A stretch of 64,000 nt of DNA. Source: Octopus vulgaris. Taxonomy: Eukaryota. The notes below the pieces were generated by a model. It saw nothing but the letters and a program-made list of their open reading frames with translations. It was not told the origin of the DNA and did no database searches. Positions within the stretch are counted from its first letter, which is position 1; the number at the start of each line of letters is the position of its first letter. Shown here piece by piece: positions 27,781 through 43,271 of this stretch. Location of the stretch: NCBI GenBank assembly GCA_951406725.2, contig OX597833.1, forward strand, positions 7,068,001 through 7,132,000, in the 5' to 3' direction. Position numbers and translations under genes: made by a program.

Positions 27781-28838
27781 CACACACACACAAACACACA
27801 TATATAATGAAGCCAAAAAAGAGTTACAACGTTGAACTGCCCGGTTGCTCGTCACGTAAATAGCAAATGTCGTTAGATACTTCATTTTAATCAACGAAAC
27901 TGTTTTGACTCCAACAAATTTGCTTTATTCAAATCAACAATTAACAAAATGGAAATAGCATTCTATTAAAATTTGAAAATTAGTCTTAAACTCTTAAACG
28001 TTCGAACATTTGTTTCATGGTCACTTGATATACTCCGCCCAGTACTACGTTCCAGTGGAGTGTTGCTCCCTACAACACTATCAATATTGTTGTAGTTATT
28101 TAGTGTAACGTTACTCATAAGCGAGTGGAATTATTATCAAGCGTATTCCAGCGATGACAATCTGGTCTCTCTGATTAGGCCCTGCACTACATTATCCAAT
28201 GAGAATGTTTTAATTTTCTTAGCCAGTTGAGTCTGTCTTCAGAGGCATATTGCTGCTTTATCGAATGACCCAGGAAACTTCTTAATTGAATATATTGAGC
28301 AATGGGATACTTCATACACAACACACATCTTTGTGTGCTCCTTCGTAGGAACAGCAAAGTAAATCACTCGATAGATTTGAATGTTTTTCTTATCTATACA
28401 GTATTATACAGCAGCTTAGTTGGTTTTTGGACAGCAACTCGAGTTTCATGTGCGAAGATATTTGACTTGTCCAGGAGGTAATTATGGAGCCACCCTGCTC
28501 ACTTCAGTCATCTCGCCGAGCACCATATGATAGCTGCAGGACATGTGTGTGTACAGAAATAAAGACAAACAGACAGACATATAGATAGATAGATACTCAC
28601 ATACACAACTTCTTCATCACGACTTTTCTTTATCGGCATTACCACCATCCTCACCACTTTGTTTTCCAAGAACTATGTTTCTCGTCGAGTAAAAGAAAAC
28701 AGCCATAGTTGACTGCGTTGAACCCAGTGTATTACTGGTATGTAATACCAGTCGATCGAGTGAGAAACAAGATTTGAAACACTGTCGGCAGGTCACTTCT
28801 TACAAACCACTACAATCTTAATCTACTAAAGTCAAAGG

Positions 28839-28870
<32 letters not shown>

Positions 28871-29387
28871 CACAACAACAATAAACAAGTGTCACCTTAA
28901 TCAGCTGACAGTTTCCAGCAAAACCCAGCAAAATATCAACAACTACAATAATAATAATAATGTTAATTCTTTTTAATTTAGATCCCAAGCCTGTAAATGT
29001 TGAGAGAAGTACCTTGGTCGATTACATCGATCCTCAGTATTTTACTGGTACTTTATTTTATCGAGCGAACGAGTGGAAAGCAAAGTTGACCTTCATGGGA
29101 TTTTATCTTAATAAAGTCACAATGCCAAGGGGTAAGCACTCTGATAAACCTCCCCTGTTATACCACTGGTATTCTTACCAAATACCAAATCTTGCAGCAC
29201 GTTTTCTCTCTTTTCTAATTCTTTACAAATTTCCATCACAAAATATTTCTGATCATTTTTCCCGCTTCACTGTTGTGGTTGTTGTTGCTGCTGCTGTTGT
29301 TGTTGCCGCCATCGACATCATTACTCATGCATGTCTGTTGATGTTCAAGTTGGTGTTGTTGCAGTTATTCATGCTGCTACAGTTGTT

Positions 29388-29590
29388 AAGGCGGCGTGCT
29401 GGCCGAAGCGTTAGCATGCCGGACAAAATGCTTAGCAGCATTTCGTCCGTCTTTATTTTCTGAGTTCAAATTCCACCGAGGTCAAACTTAGCCTTTCGGG
29501 GGGCCATTAAAATAAGTACCAGCTGAGTACTGGGGGTCGACTTATCGCCAGAATTGCTGGCCTTGTGGCAAAATTGGAATCCGATATTAC
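29388..29590 (+). mobile_element. SINE family B, diverged
   Basis: AAGGCGGCGTGCTGGCCGAAGCGTTAGC head and TGAGTTCAAATTCC B-box. Confidence 0.75.
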
Positions 29591-30864
29591 TGCAGTTGTT
29601 GTTGTTATCGTTGTAATAACAATTATTGTTGTTGTTGTCGATGTGTTTATTGTTTCCGTCGCGACAACGACTTCAAGTTACTGATTTCCAGTTCACGTTG
29701 CGGTTGTTGTTGCTGATGACGTAGTTGACATTGTCGTGACAGCTGTTACTGTTATAGTTGTTGCAATCGTTGCTATTGTTGTTGTTCCTATTGCTGCCAT
29801 TGCCGTTGTTAGCGTTGTTGCTATTGCTGTTGCTATAGGAACCATTGTTGGTTCTACTGCCGACGTTGAAATCTCATTCGTTGATATCGTTATCGCTGTT
29901 GCAGTTGTAGATATTGTTGCTAGCGTTGCTTTCGTTATTAGTATTGTTGCTGCTGTTGTTGTTGTTGTCCATCATCCGCTTTATTTTCACCATCCACCAT
30001 TTCCGGAACCTTCGATTTCCGATGACACAACAGTCTGTAGACCGTACCGAGGTTAAACACTGACAGATTGCCACAAGAACAACAACAAACATTTTATCAT
30101 CATCACCATCATAATCGTCATCATCATAATTCTCCTCCTCCTCATCATCATCATCACCAACAACCACCGTGGAAACAACAACAAAAACAGCCACTACGTC
30201 ACCATCATCATCATCACCATCATTAACCATAACATCAACAACAACAGCCATATCAATAACATTAACAAAATATGTAAACATCAACAATAATAGAATAAAA
30301 ACCTTAAAACAAAAATAATAATAAACAAATACACTGATGTGTGTGTGTGTTCGCATGTATGTGTGTTTGTAAGTATACGCTTGTGTATACTTATATGTAT
30401 GTATATATGAATGTGTGCACATATATATATATATACATACATATATACATTATATATATATATATATATTACATATGTGTGTATACGATAATAAATACAT
30501 GTTTACACACACACATAAGAAAGAGCGGAAAGAAAAAGAGAAAAAAAAAATTAAAGTAAGAAAGAAAAAAAAAGAAAGGAGAAAACGAAAGAAAGAAAGC
30601 AGAAATCCGTTGCGTCGAACCGTGTTCTTTGGTTCTCACGGAGAGAATAATGTTAGAATCTTGGGAGAATATATTTTGGTAAGCTCCCATCCTTAGCACC
30701 GGCTGACTAACAGTAAAAGACCTGGCATGGCGGCGGCCATTACGGTGTTACGTTACTGCGTTTGGCATGTCGAGTTGGGTTTGCTCCAGATTGGACAGTA
30801 TTGCTGGAACATTATATGCCAGTGTGTGTGTTTAAGTGCGCATTTATATGTGTGTGTGAGTATA

Positions 30865-30934
<70 letters not shown>

Positions 30935-31001
30935 CATACACATATATATATATTCATATATATATAAATAATTATATACGTAAATATATATGTATATGAA
31001 C

Positions 31002-31044
<43 letters not shown>

Positions 31045-31198
31045 CATACATATATTTTTACGTATATATGTATGTATGTTTCCATATATATATATATACT
31101 ACACATATATATTTACATGTATGAGTATGTATATGTATGTCTGTGTACACGCATGCATATTTCTTATAATTTACATACCTACACATAGATGTACCCAC

Positions 31199-31246
<48 letters not shown>

Positions 31247-31746
31247 GATATATATATACTAGCGTAGACACCCATAGTTATTCGCATATCCTCTAACACA
31301 ACCAGTTATACACAAACATATCCAAACAAACAAACAAACACGCAACACATTCAAACTCCCGCGAAAAATACTAATACCACATATATATTACGTACAACAA
31401 ACACAAACACAAACACACACAAACATAGATGCATTCGTACGTTGACAAAGGCCATGAAACAGAGACGTTCCGTGCTCCATGCATGTATTTATCTAGACGA
31501 CATACAGACTTACATGTGACAACGTGACCAGCTGTAACTACTACGGATGACAAATTCAAAGTTTAACCGTCTTTAGTTTTATCTCCGTTCAGTTTGAATT
31601 CAATTCCATCTGTGTCTTCCTTCAGTATTTTTTACATTTCACCTAACATCAGTACCAGTAATATTGGCTGTCCGAATATTTCGACTGTACTTCTCTCAAA
31701 ATTAGTGATTTTACTAGCTTAAGAATATGTCTACATACTTACATCC

Positions 31747-31818
<72 letters not shown>

Positions 31819-31845
31819 TATATACATATATACATACATATATAC

Positions 31846-31879
<34 letters not shown>

Positions 31880-33820
31880 ACTGTGTCCGACCAGGCTATC
31901 AGATGTAGCTACACATCGCTGGTCACAATGCGCTTCGCATTGTTTTTGCCTTCAAATGATGCCACCCCGCTACATAAGCGAGCAGGCCAATATATATATA
32001 TACACACATATAATCATATACGTATATATGTATGTAGATAAATGGTATTTTGATATATCCATATTTTAGCCAAGTTTTCTTTATCCTCGCATGAGATATG
32101 CAAAATCTGTAAACGCGTATGAAGTTGTAACCAATCCGCATCGTCTGTAATATCTCGCTTCTATATTTCTGTGGCATCTTCTACATGTGATACATGTTAT
32201 AACCTCTATGCCACATGCAATCACCATTCTGAGTGGACCACGTGCAGTGAACCAATACTTCACAAAAACATATTTTTTAACTCTGTATTTTTTTAATAAA
32301 ACATAAATGTCAACGAAAATAAGGTACCCTTCAATGATAAACATCCTATAAACAAGGTACCTTCATTGGAAATTACTCTTTAAGTTATATACCCTTAAAT
32401 TTAAAGTGTGCCTTAAGCTATGCTCTCTCCACCGAACAGTGTCTTCCGTCAATTCTAGAACTCGTCAATGGAATGCTTTTCCCACATGTAGTAGCTTCAT
32501 GCAAACATTCTTTCATACCAAGTGCCTTACAACGAATCTTTTTCCAGACAAAATAACTTTACACAAACTTCCCTTCAAACAATGTGCCTTCAAACGACTA
32601 TATTTTTCTTCATAATACTTTTAAACAAATCTCTTTACATACTCAGTACCTCTTTTGCAACTTAACCCCCTGTAAACTATGTCTCATACAAAGAATGCAA
32701 TTCATATAAACTGTCTCCAACAGAGAATTCTCTTTCTAAGAAACGTTTGTCAAGCGATTTCGTCATCAAACTAGAATGTATCAATCACCCATCAATTGCG
32801 TCGTGATTCGTATAAAACCACTTCTTCCTAAAATTATTTCTAGCAAAAGCAAACAACGAAATAGGTTTCCATTATACAAACTGCCACTCCTACGAAGTTT
32901 CTTTCGTGATAAAGGGTGATCTTCAGGCAAATAGAGAAAGGAATCGGACATCAAAGATTCCTATCAGGAGATTCTTCCCATTTTCTATTAAGTATGATCG
33001 ATTATGGAACGAAATCTCCTTCTCTCAATTTCTTTTACCTATCAAACAAAATTCTTACATCACATGCACAAGCAAATATGCATACATACGTTTGTGTGTA
33101 TGTGTGTGTGTATGAATATATATGTGTGTGTATAATAAATATATACATATATGTATAGACTATATATATATATATATGTAGATAGATACGTACGCATCGA
33201 TCTATACACACACACACACACACATATATATGTATATATATATATATATATTTACATACATGTATACATACAAACAGACAACATATATGTGTGTTTTCAT
33301 ACAGAGGTACATTAACATACACAGTAATATACACCATTCATATATACACAAACACATACGTATAGAAATAAATCATATCTATATATTTATTATACCAAAA
33401 TTTGACAGTCTACTCCGGGTTTCTCTCTGGGATATTCACGAACAGTTAAACACCGTAAAATATATTTAATTCAACTTAATTTAAAACTCTAATATCATGA
33501 CACAATTGTATTTATATCATAAATTTATTTATTATATATTTAAAACATAAACATACATGCGCAAAACCACTTCTACATAAGTTCATATTCCTATAGGTAG
33601 ACGAATACATATATATAATAGAGATGTGATGCTAATCAAAGCTTGTGTGTTTGTGTTGCAGTTTGCATGACAAAGGGTTCGAACCCGCCTCCCTACTTAT
33701 TGAAATATTTATGCAAATATAATGCTGTGTGACGTCAGCAAGGCGATTCCAAATCTTTCTATGAGTCTTTGGGGTTTTTTCCTTCAGTTTGTGTTTTGTT
33801 TTACACGCACTCACACATTT

Positions 33821-33861
<41 letters not shown>

Positions 33862-33871
33862 GTATATATAT

Positions 33872-33906
<35 letters not shown>

Positions 33907-33937
33907 GTATATATATCCATATATATATATGTATATA

Positions 33938-34019
<82 letters not shown>

Positions 34020-34220
34020 CATGTGTGCATATTCATATTCGCTATTTATTTATTTATTTTTCTTCCCAGTGTGTGAAGCCGCTGTACATTTTTAATTTAA
34101 CCACAGGAAGTTTCATATTTGAGTTTTTATATTTTAATTTTCACATACATATAAACATAAAACATACACACAGATACATACATGCATACATATATATGCA
34201 TATATATGTATTTTTGCATG

Positions 34221-34269
<49 letters not shown>

Positions 34270-34386
34270 GTATATATATGCATATATGTAATGTATAGAA
34301 ACCTTATTCTTGATTTTCTGGACCAGTATGTTTGCTTTTGCATAAGGTTTTCTTTTCTTTTCTTGACATCGAAGTCCAAGATTACG

Positions 34387-34464
<78 letters not shown>

Positions 34465-35105
34465 TTACTTCTTCGTAGTCTTAATATTTAGCAAAGAGAA
34501 GCTATGTATGGACTAAAGAAAGCGGAGATTTTTGCTAAAACATTAAATTTCTACCATTATATATATTATATATATATACATATATATATATACATATGCG
34601 TATATACATATGTATATATTTATATATATATCTATATGCACATATATATGTATATATACATGTATATATGCTAACATATAAATATATATATATACATATG
34701 AGTTTATACATTTCTCTGTGTGTGTGTTTATAACTGCACTCATTCTATTTAATTAATTAATTAGGTAACAAACATTATACATTTACTTTCCATTAATAAT
34801 CTCTTCCTTCGTATTTCACCCTCTGTAAGCAGAATGACAACGATTTAGAATCACAAATCAAACAAACTAAACAAGAAATAGTTTTTGATTTCGATTATAT
34901 CCGCCATGATTGAACATTGAATCAAGAGAAAGTGAAAAGAAGACCAATCATTGGCTGGTTTAAATGACGTCATTCTCTCAATTTTTTTTTCATTAAACTA
35001 CGCGATATCATATAATTTTGATTTCTATTGCAATAAATGTTTTTACAGCATTCCAAATATCATATTTAATTATATCTATAATTATAATAATAATCATTAT
35101 TATTG

Positions 35106-35193
<88 letters not shown>

Positions 35194-35549
35194 TATTAAC
35201 ATTGTCATTACTATTATTATTCCATGTCAAAAATATCAAAATTTCAAATTCACTACGTATAAATTCATTTTATTTCATTAAAAAAAAAACAACCTTTTTA
35301 TACGAATTTTTATAAATATATATTTTTTAATTTCAGTATTACTATAATTATAATAATAATAGTTATTATTATCATTATCACTTTTTTTATATTAAAACTA
35401 ATGACATTTCAAAATATTTTTTTTTCTTCGCATGACAATTCCTCCATGTTTGTCGTTGCAAAAACTAAAAACAGAAAAAACAAAAATATGGATAAATAAA
35501 AAAATCTTTGTGCCTAATTAATGAATGGTTGTTGTTCGTTTTATTATTA

Positions 35550-35619
<70 letters not shown>

Positions 35620-35639
35620 CATTATTATTATTATTATTA

Positions 35640-35700
<61 letters not shown>

Positions 35701-36102
35701 CATTATCATCATCATCCTCATTATTCGACTTGTCTCAAGCTTGGTTTATGTGGGTAGCGGGTATCTACCTGTAACCTTAGATACCCGCAAGCTTTCACTA
35801 ATCTTTCAAGAACTCAGAACCGTTCCGATAAACTTTCCTCTTCCTTAGATGCAAACTTTCCAGAGAAAGCTCAACAGGACATTCCATTCCAGTCCCTTTC
35901 AACCATTTGTCTGTATCAATACTCAGACTCCCCTAGACACCAAGGATTACAGCCACGACCTGTACGGTTTTTATATTCCAAATTCTCGCAATTTCAAATT
36001 TTAAGGGATTGTATTTTCAAAAATTTTTCTCGTAGACTAAATGGATGAATTAGTAAGCAACTTTCATTTCCTTTGTCTATTATTGTTATTATCACAAACA
36101 CA

Positions 36103-36170
<68 letters not shown>

Positions 36171-36175
36171 TACGT

Positions 36176-36360
36176 GGCATTCCGTCGGTTACGACGACGA
36201 GGGTTCCAGTTGATCCGATCAACGGAACAGCCTGCTCGTGAAATTAACGTGGAAGTGGCTGAGCACTCCACGGATACGTGTACCCTTAACGTAGTTCTCG
36301 GGGAGAATCAGCGTGATACAGAGTGTGACAAGGCTGACCCCTTGAAATACAGGTACAACA
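36176..36360 (-). mobile_element. SINE family C, 3' fragment
   Basis: Near-identical to 47289-47470. Confidence 0.85.
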
Positions 36361-36420
36361 GAAAGAGCGAGAGAAAATTGTGGTGAAAGAGTATGTATGT
36401 ATGCATGTCAATGTATATAT

Positions 36421-36469
<49 letters not shown>

Positions 36470-36786
36470 ATACACACACACACACACACACACGAACAAA
36501 ACCTTGAACAAAGCTGCATATGAATGTCTACCCTGATAAAATATGTTCTGCAACTGAACCGACTTAAGGAGCATAAATTCGACATGAAAGAACATTAGGG
36601 CACCTGTGCAGCAGAAACACGTGTCGGATTGGAAACCAATATAAAATTAATGAGGATAACACTGCAATAAACAAATTAGGAAGGTGTATAATGCTCCATA
36701 CTTCTTTATGATATACATATGTATAATATTTCGTTTTTGGATTTGGTTTGCAAGATTCTTTATATGAGTTCGTGTGTTGAAGCATT

Positions 36787-36958
36787 TTCTGTTGTGTCTG
36801 GGGAGAGTCATTTTCTTTTTGTGCCTTATAATTTAACACACTCACCGGTTAAATTTCCACTTATTTCTTATTTTTTTTATATAAGTGGAAATTTTACCGG
36901 TGAGTGTGTTACATTATAAGGCACAGAAAGAAAATTACTCTCCCCAGACACAACAGAA
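36787..36958. repeat. Hairpin with ~78-bp arms and a 16-bp loop
   Basis: 36787-36864 versus 36881-36958, few mismatches. Confidence 0.92.
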
Positions 36959-37450
36959 TATGTATAATACCTATTCCACAAAATGAGGCTTTCACAACAA
37001 AATAAACCTAACAAAGGTGTTGTTGACGAAGATAGGTGGGTCGCGTCTGTAGGAGGGGAAACACAATAATAAGGGGTTAAGACATTCCTACCGAAAAACT
37101 TACATTCTTTCAAGTTTTATCTCAATATCATCCGATAAAAAAAAGATGTTTTAAAATTATGTAAAGTTAGTTTTTAAGGCTAAATCTTTTGAAGTATTTG
37201 TGAGATTCTTGAAAAATTTATTGTGACTGAAATTTTTGGGGGAGTTTTTTTTCTTATCAGCCTTTTTAAAAAGTTGTTTACAAATACTGGGAGGCGGAGC
37301 ATCTCTTGAGAAATTTTTATTTTAGATTTAATTGTATTGTGGTGCACGATACGTGTGTGTGTGTGTGAGTGTGTGTGTACGCATGTGTGCGTATGTGTGT
37401 GCATTCTTCTGTACATAAATATGTGTTTGTGAATATATATGTATATATAT

Positions 37451-37645
<195 letters not shown>

Positions 37646-37857
37646 ATCCAAACAAGAAAGCACAAAAAAACACAAGAATGCGAGGACGTGGAACAAATAT
37701 AGTATTATTGGACGCTCAGGAAAGAAGGAAAGAAGGAGGGTTTAATGTTTCGAGCGGAGCTCTTCGTCGGAAACATAGGAGAAGGAAAGATCCAGAGAAG
37801 GGAAGACAGAGGGAACAAAAATCGCCAACGGTACACACGAGGTCACATTTTGTATTT

Positions 37858-37905
<48 letters not shown>

Positions 37906-37937
37906 CATATGTCTGTGTATGTGCGTGTGTGCTTACG

Positions 37938-38014
<77 letters not shown>

Positions 38015-38239
38015 TACATTTAGGTATGTGTGGGGGAGAGGGAGAGATTAAGGGATATGTTATCATGAATAAACATACGCCTACACACAGATACCGACAT
38101 AGGGACACACACACACACCTACATACTCACACACCAACATATTCACACACACTCACACAATACACTCACACATACACGCATACATACAGACGTACGCATA
38201 GAGGTGTTTCTGAAGTTAAAAAAGAGCATCCTAGATATG

Positions 38240-38278
<39 letters not shown>

Positions 38279-38360
38279 GTGTATGTGTATGTATTTGTGT
38301 GTGTGTTATATACATTATTTATATATGTTATATAAACATATATGATATATGTATATATGC

Positions 38361-38485
<125 letters not shown>

Positions 38486-38997
38486 TGGGGGCAGAAAGAC
38501 AGACAGAAAGGCAGGCAGACAGATAGATAGATAGATAGGTAAACATAAAGCTAGATAGAGAGAAGGAGAGGGAGAGGAGGAAAAAGAGAGCGAGTGGGGG
38601 GTGGGGCGAGGGAAGAGGCAGATAAATGAAGCCGTCCAGCCCCAGTAGAGATTACATGCATGTTTAGACAAATATACATTAACAACATGGTGCAGTGTTT
38701 TGATAAACTGCATCCTTTTTTGAAACTGGTGTCTTTCTCATCAGCCATGCTTTTTAGAATGGTTTTCTTATTGCTGTTGGCATTCTTATATTGTTTCAGA
38801 TGAAACACACACAGTCTCTCTCTCTCTCTCTCTATCTCATCCCCGCTTTCTCTCTCTCCCTCTCTCTATATCTCCCTATCTCTTTCTCTATCTATCCATC
38901 CATCTATGTATCTATGTATCTATCTATCTATCTATCTCTTTCTCTATCCATCCATCCATCCATCCATCCATCCATCCATCCATCCATCCATCCATCC

Positions 38998-39088
<91 letters not shown>

Positions 39089-39152
39089 TATACATATATA
39101 TATATATATCCATCCATCTGCATCCATCTATCTATCCATCCATCCATCTGTC

Positions 39153-39232
<80 letters not shown>

Positions 39233-39278
39233 ACGGCAGTGCATCAGCATGGCCGCAGCTCTGAGCTGAAACTAGGAA

Positions 39279-39323
<45 letters not shown>

Positions 39324-39892
39324 CTTCTTATTCCACACAAAACTGTTGTAGTTGTGGACCAATCATGTGACCGTGACGTCATTGAGGGTAGGGCAATGAA
39401 TGACGTCATATGCAGCTAACTGATATCAAGTGTGTATGTAACTATGTGCACGCGCAAAGTATTTATATGTATATGCGTGTTTATGTATGTGTATATATGT
39501 ACGTATGTACTTGCATATACTCTTGATCGCCGACGACGAGTACCGAGCCGAAGCTTCGAAGTCCCTGTCAGCCTCTCTTTTTATGAAAGTTTAATTAACA
39601 AGCGCTTTATTAAAACTATTGAGTAAAATTTTAGTTTAATGTTGAATGGTTTTTATGTACAACTAGATGTAAAAATACGATATGCGAATATACATACGTG
39701 CATACATACATATACATGTGTGAGTGCGTGTGAAAGAAAGAGGGAGAGAGAGGGGGGATGCATGAGCTCGTGGTGTTGCAGTAGCGATCGCAAGGTCGTA
39801 GTTTCGATCCTTGAACCGAGAGGTGCATTGAGGGTTTGGGCATAACGCTTCATCTGGATACATAAATAGATAGATAGATAGATAGATAGATA

Positions 39893-40266
39893 AGTTTCTT
39901 TATTAGCCACACAGGGCTGCACACAGATGGGACAAATTACAAGGTAGAGCTTTTCTTTTGGCGTAGGTTTTCGATCAAAAGGGATCGTAAAAGGGGAAAA
40001 AAAGAAAAAAGAAAAAGGAAAAGAAACAAAAGAACAGAAAAAAGAAAAAAGAAGAAAAAAGAGGGAAAAAAACGATTAATAGGGATCGTGTATCACAGTG
40101 TCATGATGTACAGTGTAAAGGGGGAAACAGATAAGGTTTATCCGTGGGAAGAAAAGCCTACGAAAAAGACCACGGTAACCTCGGTCAATATTGTTATATG
40201 ATACCACATTTGTTTGCAAGTGGGTAACCCTCTGTTTTCAATTTCTGGGTTCATAGGATTATGCTC

Positions 40267-40268
<2 letters not shown>
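39893..40268 (-). mobile_element. Probable L1/Tx1-type LINE 3' end embedded in (GATA)n
   Basis: Minus strand has a short ORF end (LSIIL*), a pyrimidine-rich UTR and AATAAAG at the terminus; GATA repeats on both sides. Clade assignment is from resemblance only. Confidence 0.55.
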
Positions 40269-40357
<89 letters not shown>

Positions 40358-40625
40358 GTATGCATGTATGTATTGTATCATCTTCATGGAGGTTGGTTCC
40401 ATTGGATAATCGATGTGGGTTGCTTCTTAAATGAAGTTCTAAAAGCACGGTATAAGTGTGAACTTTTATACTTATTTTTTATTTGAAATGGATCCATCAA
40501 ATCGTTTCGGTTTTCAGCTCTTTATCAAGTATGGAGTGCACTTGTATAATAATTGTTGTGCTAAATTATAGGTGGATGCGTGTGTGTGTGTTTTCATACA
40601 TACATAAGCACGCACGCGTATATAT

Positions 40626-41088
<463 letters not shown>

Positions 41089-41164
41089 ATGAAAGAATTA
41101 AAAAAATGTATATATGGCTTGTGAAGGTAAATGACTCAGGGCACCGTGGGTCAACCTGTAAATA

Positions 41165-41221
<57 letters not shown>

Positions 41222-41261
41222 GTGTGTATACCTCGTATTTTTTAAGTGTGCATTTCATCTT

Positions 41262-41674
41262 TATCTTTTATCTTTTATCTTTTACTTGTTTCAGTCATTT
41301 GACTGCGGCCATGCTGGAGCACCGCCTTTAGTCGAGCAAATCGACCCCGGGACTTATTCTTTGTAAGCCCAGTACTTATTCTATCGGTCTCTTTTTGCCG
41401 AACCGCTAAGTTACGGGGACGTAAACACACCAGCATCGGTTGTCAAGCAATGCTAGGGGAACAAACACAGACACACAAACACACACGCATACATATATAT
41501 ATACATATATACGACAGGCTTCTTTCAGTTTCCGTCTACCAAATCCACTCACAAGGCATTGGTCGACCCGGGGCTATAGCAGAAGACACTTGCCCAAGAT
41601 GCCACGCAGTGGGACTGAACCCGGAACCATGTGGTTGGTTAGCAAGCTACTTACCACACAGCCACTCCTGCGCC
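41262..41674 (-). mobile_element. SINE family A, full length
   Basis: Reverse complement of family A including the GGCGCAGGAGTGGCTG 5' end. Confidence 0.9.
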
Positions 41675-41921
41675 TATCGTGTATATAAAGGTGTGTGATC
41701 AAGCAGGTGTCACATTCTTTTGGATGTTCACATCTCTGGTGTGATTGTATTACAACTGCAACTTAGCAAACGGTGCAAAGGAATGCACAACTGTTGCAGT
41801 CAGTTCGAAATCCCGCTGTATTTTAAGGGGTTTCTGCATTCTTTCATTTTCATTGGTTCATAAAAATAAGTCTCCATCGGTAACGTCAACATTTCACATT
41901 CCTTCGTTCTGAATGTGTGCG

Positions 41922-42044
<123 letters not shown>

Positions 42045-42123
42045 CGTATATACGTATATACATACATATATTTGTATGTATGTATGTATGTATGTATATG
42101 TATATATATATATATATACATAC

Positions 42124-42154
<31 letters not shown>

Positions 42155-42181
42155 CATACATATATATATATATATACATAC

Positions 42182-42298
<117 letters not shown>

Positions 42299-42301
42299 CA
42301 T

Positions 42302-42350
<49 letters not shown>

Positions 42351-42649
42351 CATACATACATACATATATATATGTATATATAAACACACATACACGCACA
42401 AACAGGTACACACTGACGTAAGTATATACGATAAATATTTGGCAAATACCTGAATGCATTTTTGTGCAAAGTTTACGGAACTGCTTTGTAGTTTTGAGTA
42501 TATTAGATTGAATTACATCGAATTTAGAACGACAATATATTATCCCCCCCCCCCCGTTCTTTCTCAAACCAGTCGAGAGCCACCGTTAACAGTAACGAGC
42601 TGCAACACTTTGAACCTCTGCCGCTGGCCGCCTTATTGACCTTCTGTAC

Positions 42650-43271
42650 CAGTGCTTTTCAAACATTTTGCTGGAGCAGAACTCCAAGGAAACATTCCAC
42701 TGGCTCGAGGGACCCCCTGTGCAATAATTTAATAGTCTTATGTACACATATCCTGGAGGGTCTTGTCCCAAACTTTGGCATTCAAAGTTACCCCAACCGC
42801 AGAACGGGGCGCCACTGCATGGTGCCAAGGATTCCAACATCACCATCAAAATACAGGTCCAGATACTGCAACAGCTTGGGTTTCAGAGGACCACAGCTCT
42901 TTAACATCCTCCCTAAATGCCTGAGAGACTTACATGGTGTGGATGTGGGTTTCTTTAAAACTAAACTGGATCTCTTCTTGTCGGGAGTCCCAGATGAACC
43001 TACCTCACGACAGGAGACGCAGATGCGGGCAGCAGCATCGAACTCCCTTGTTGATCAAGTGCCACTTATCAGAGGTGGATTCACAAATTAGTGTAGCTCA
43101 TTCAGCGGTGGTGCCCCAGCATGGCCGCGGCCTTCGGGCTAAAACAGTTTTAAAGATTTAAAGATTTATATCTGCACAGGAGAATTAAAAATTACTGCCG
43201 ATTTTAGCAGTTTTATAACTTCTTGCGGAACCCCTGGACTGTGCTGGCGGAACCCTGGTTGAAAACCACTG
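42650..43271. mobile_element. hAT-type MITE carrying a nested LINE fragment
   Basis: TIRs CAGTGCTTTTCAA / TTGAAAACCACTG; perfect 8-bp TSD TTCTGTAC at 42642-42649 and 43272-43279. Confidence 0.9.
42753..43167 (+). mobile_element. 5'-truncated CR1/L2-group LINE: ORF2 C-terminus plus 3'UTR
   Basis: ILEGLVPN...RGPQLFNILPKCLR...FKTKLDLFLSGVPDEP...RAAASNSL, stop at 43091, (TAAAGATT)n tail, apparent TSD ATATC at 42748-42752 and 43168-43172. Confidence 0.85.

Noticed and set aside
35757-35788. 11-bp GC-rich stem-loop resembling a terminator or Helitron end
   Set aside because: Isolated, with no CTRR end or second copy; intrinsic terminators are not relevant in this eukaryotic context
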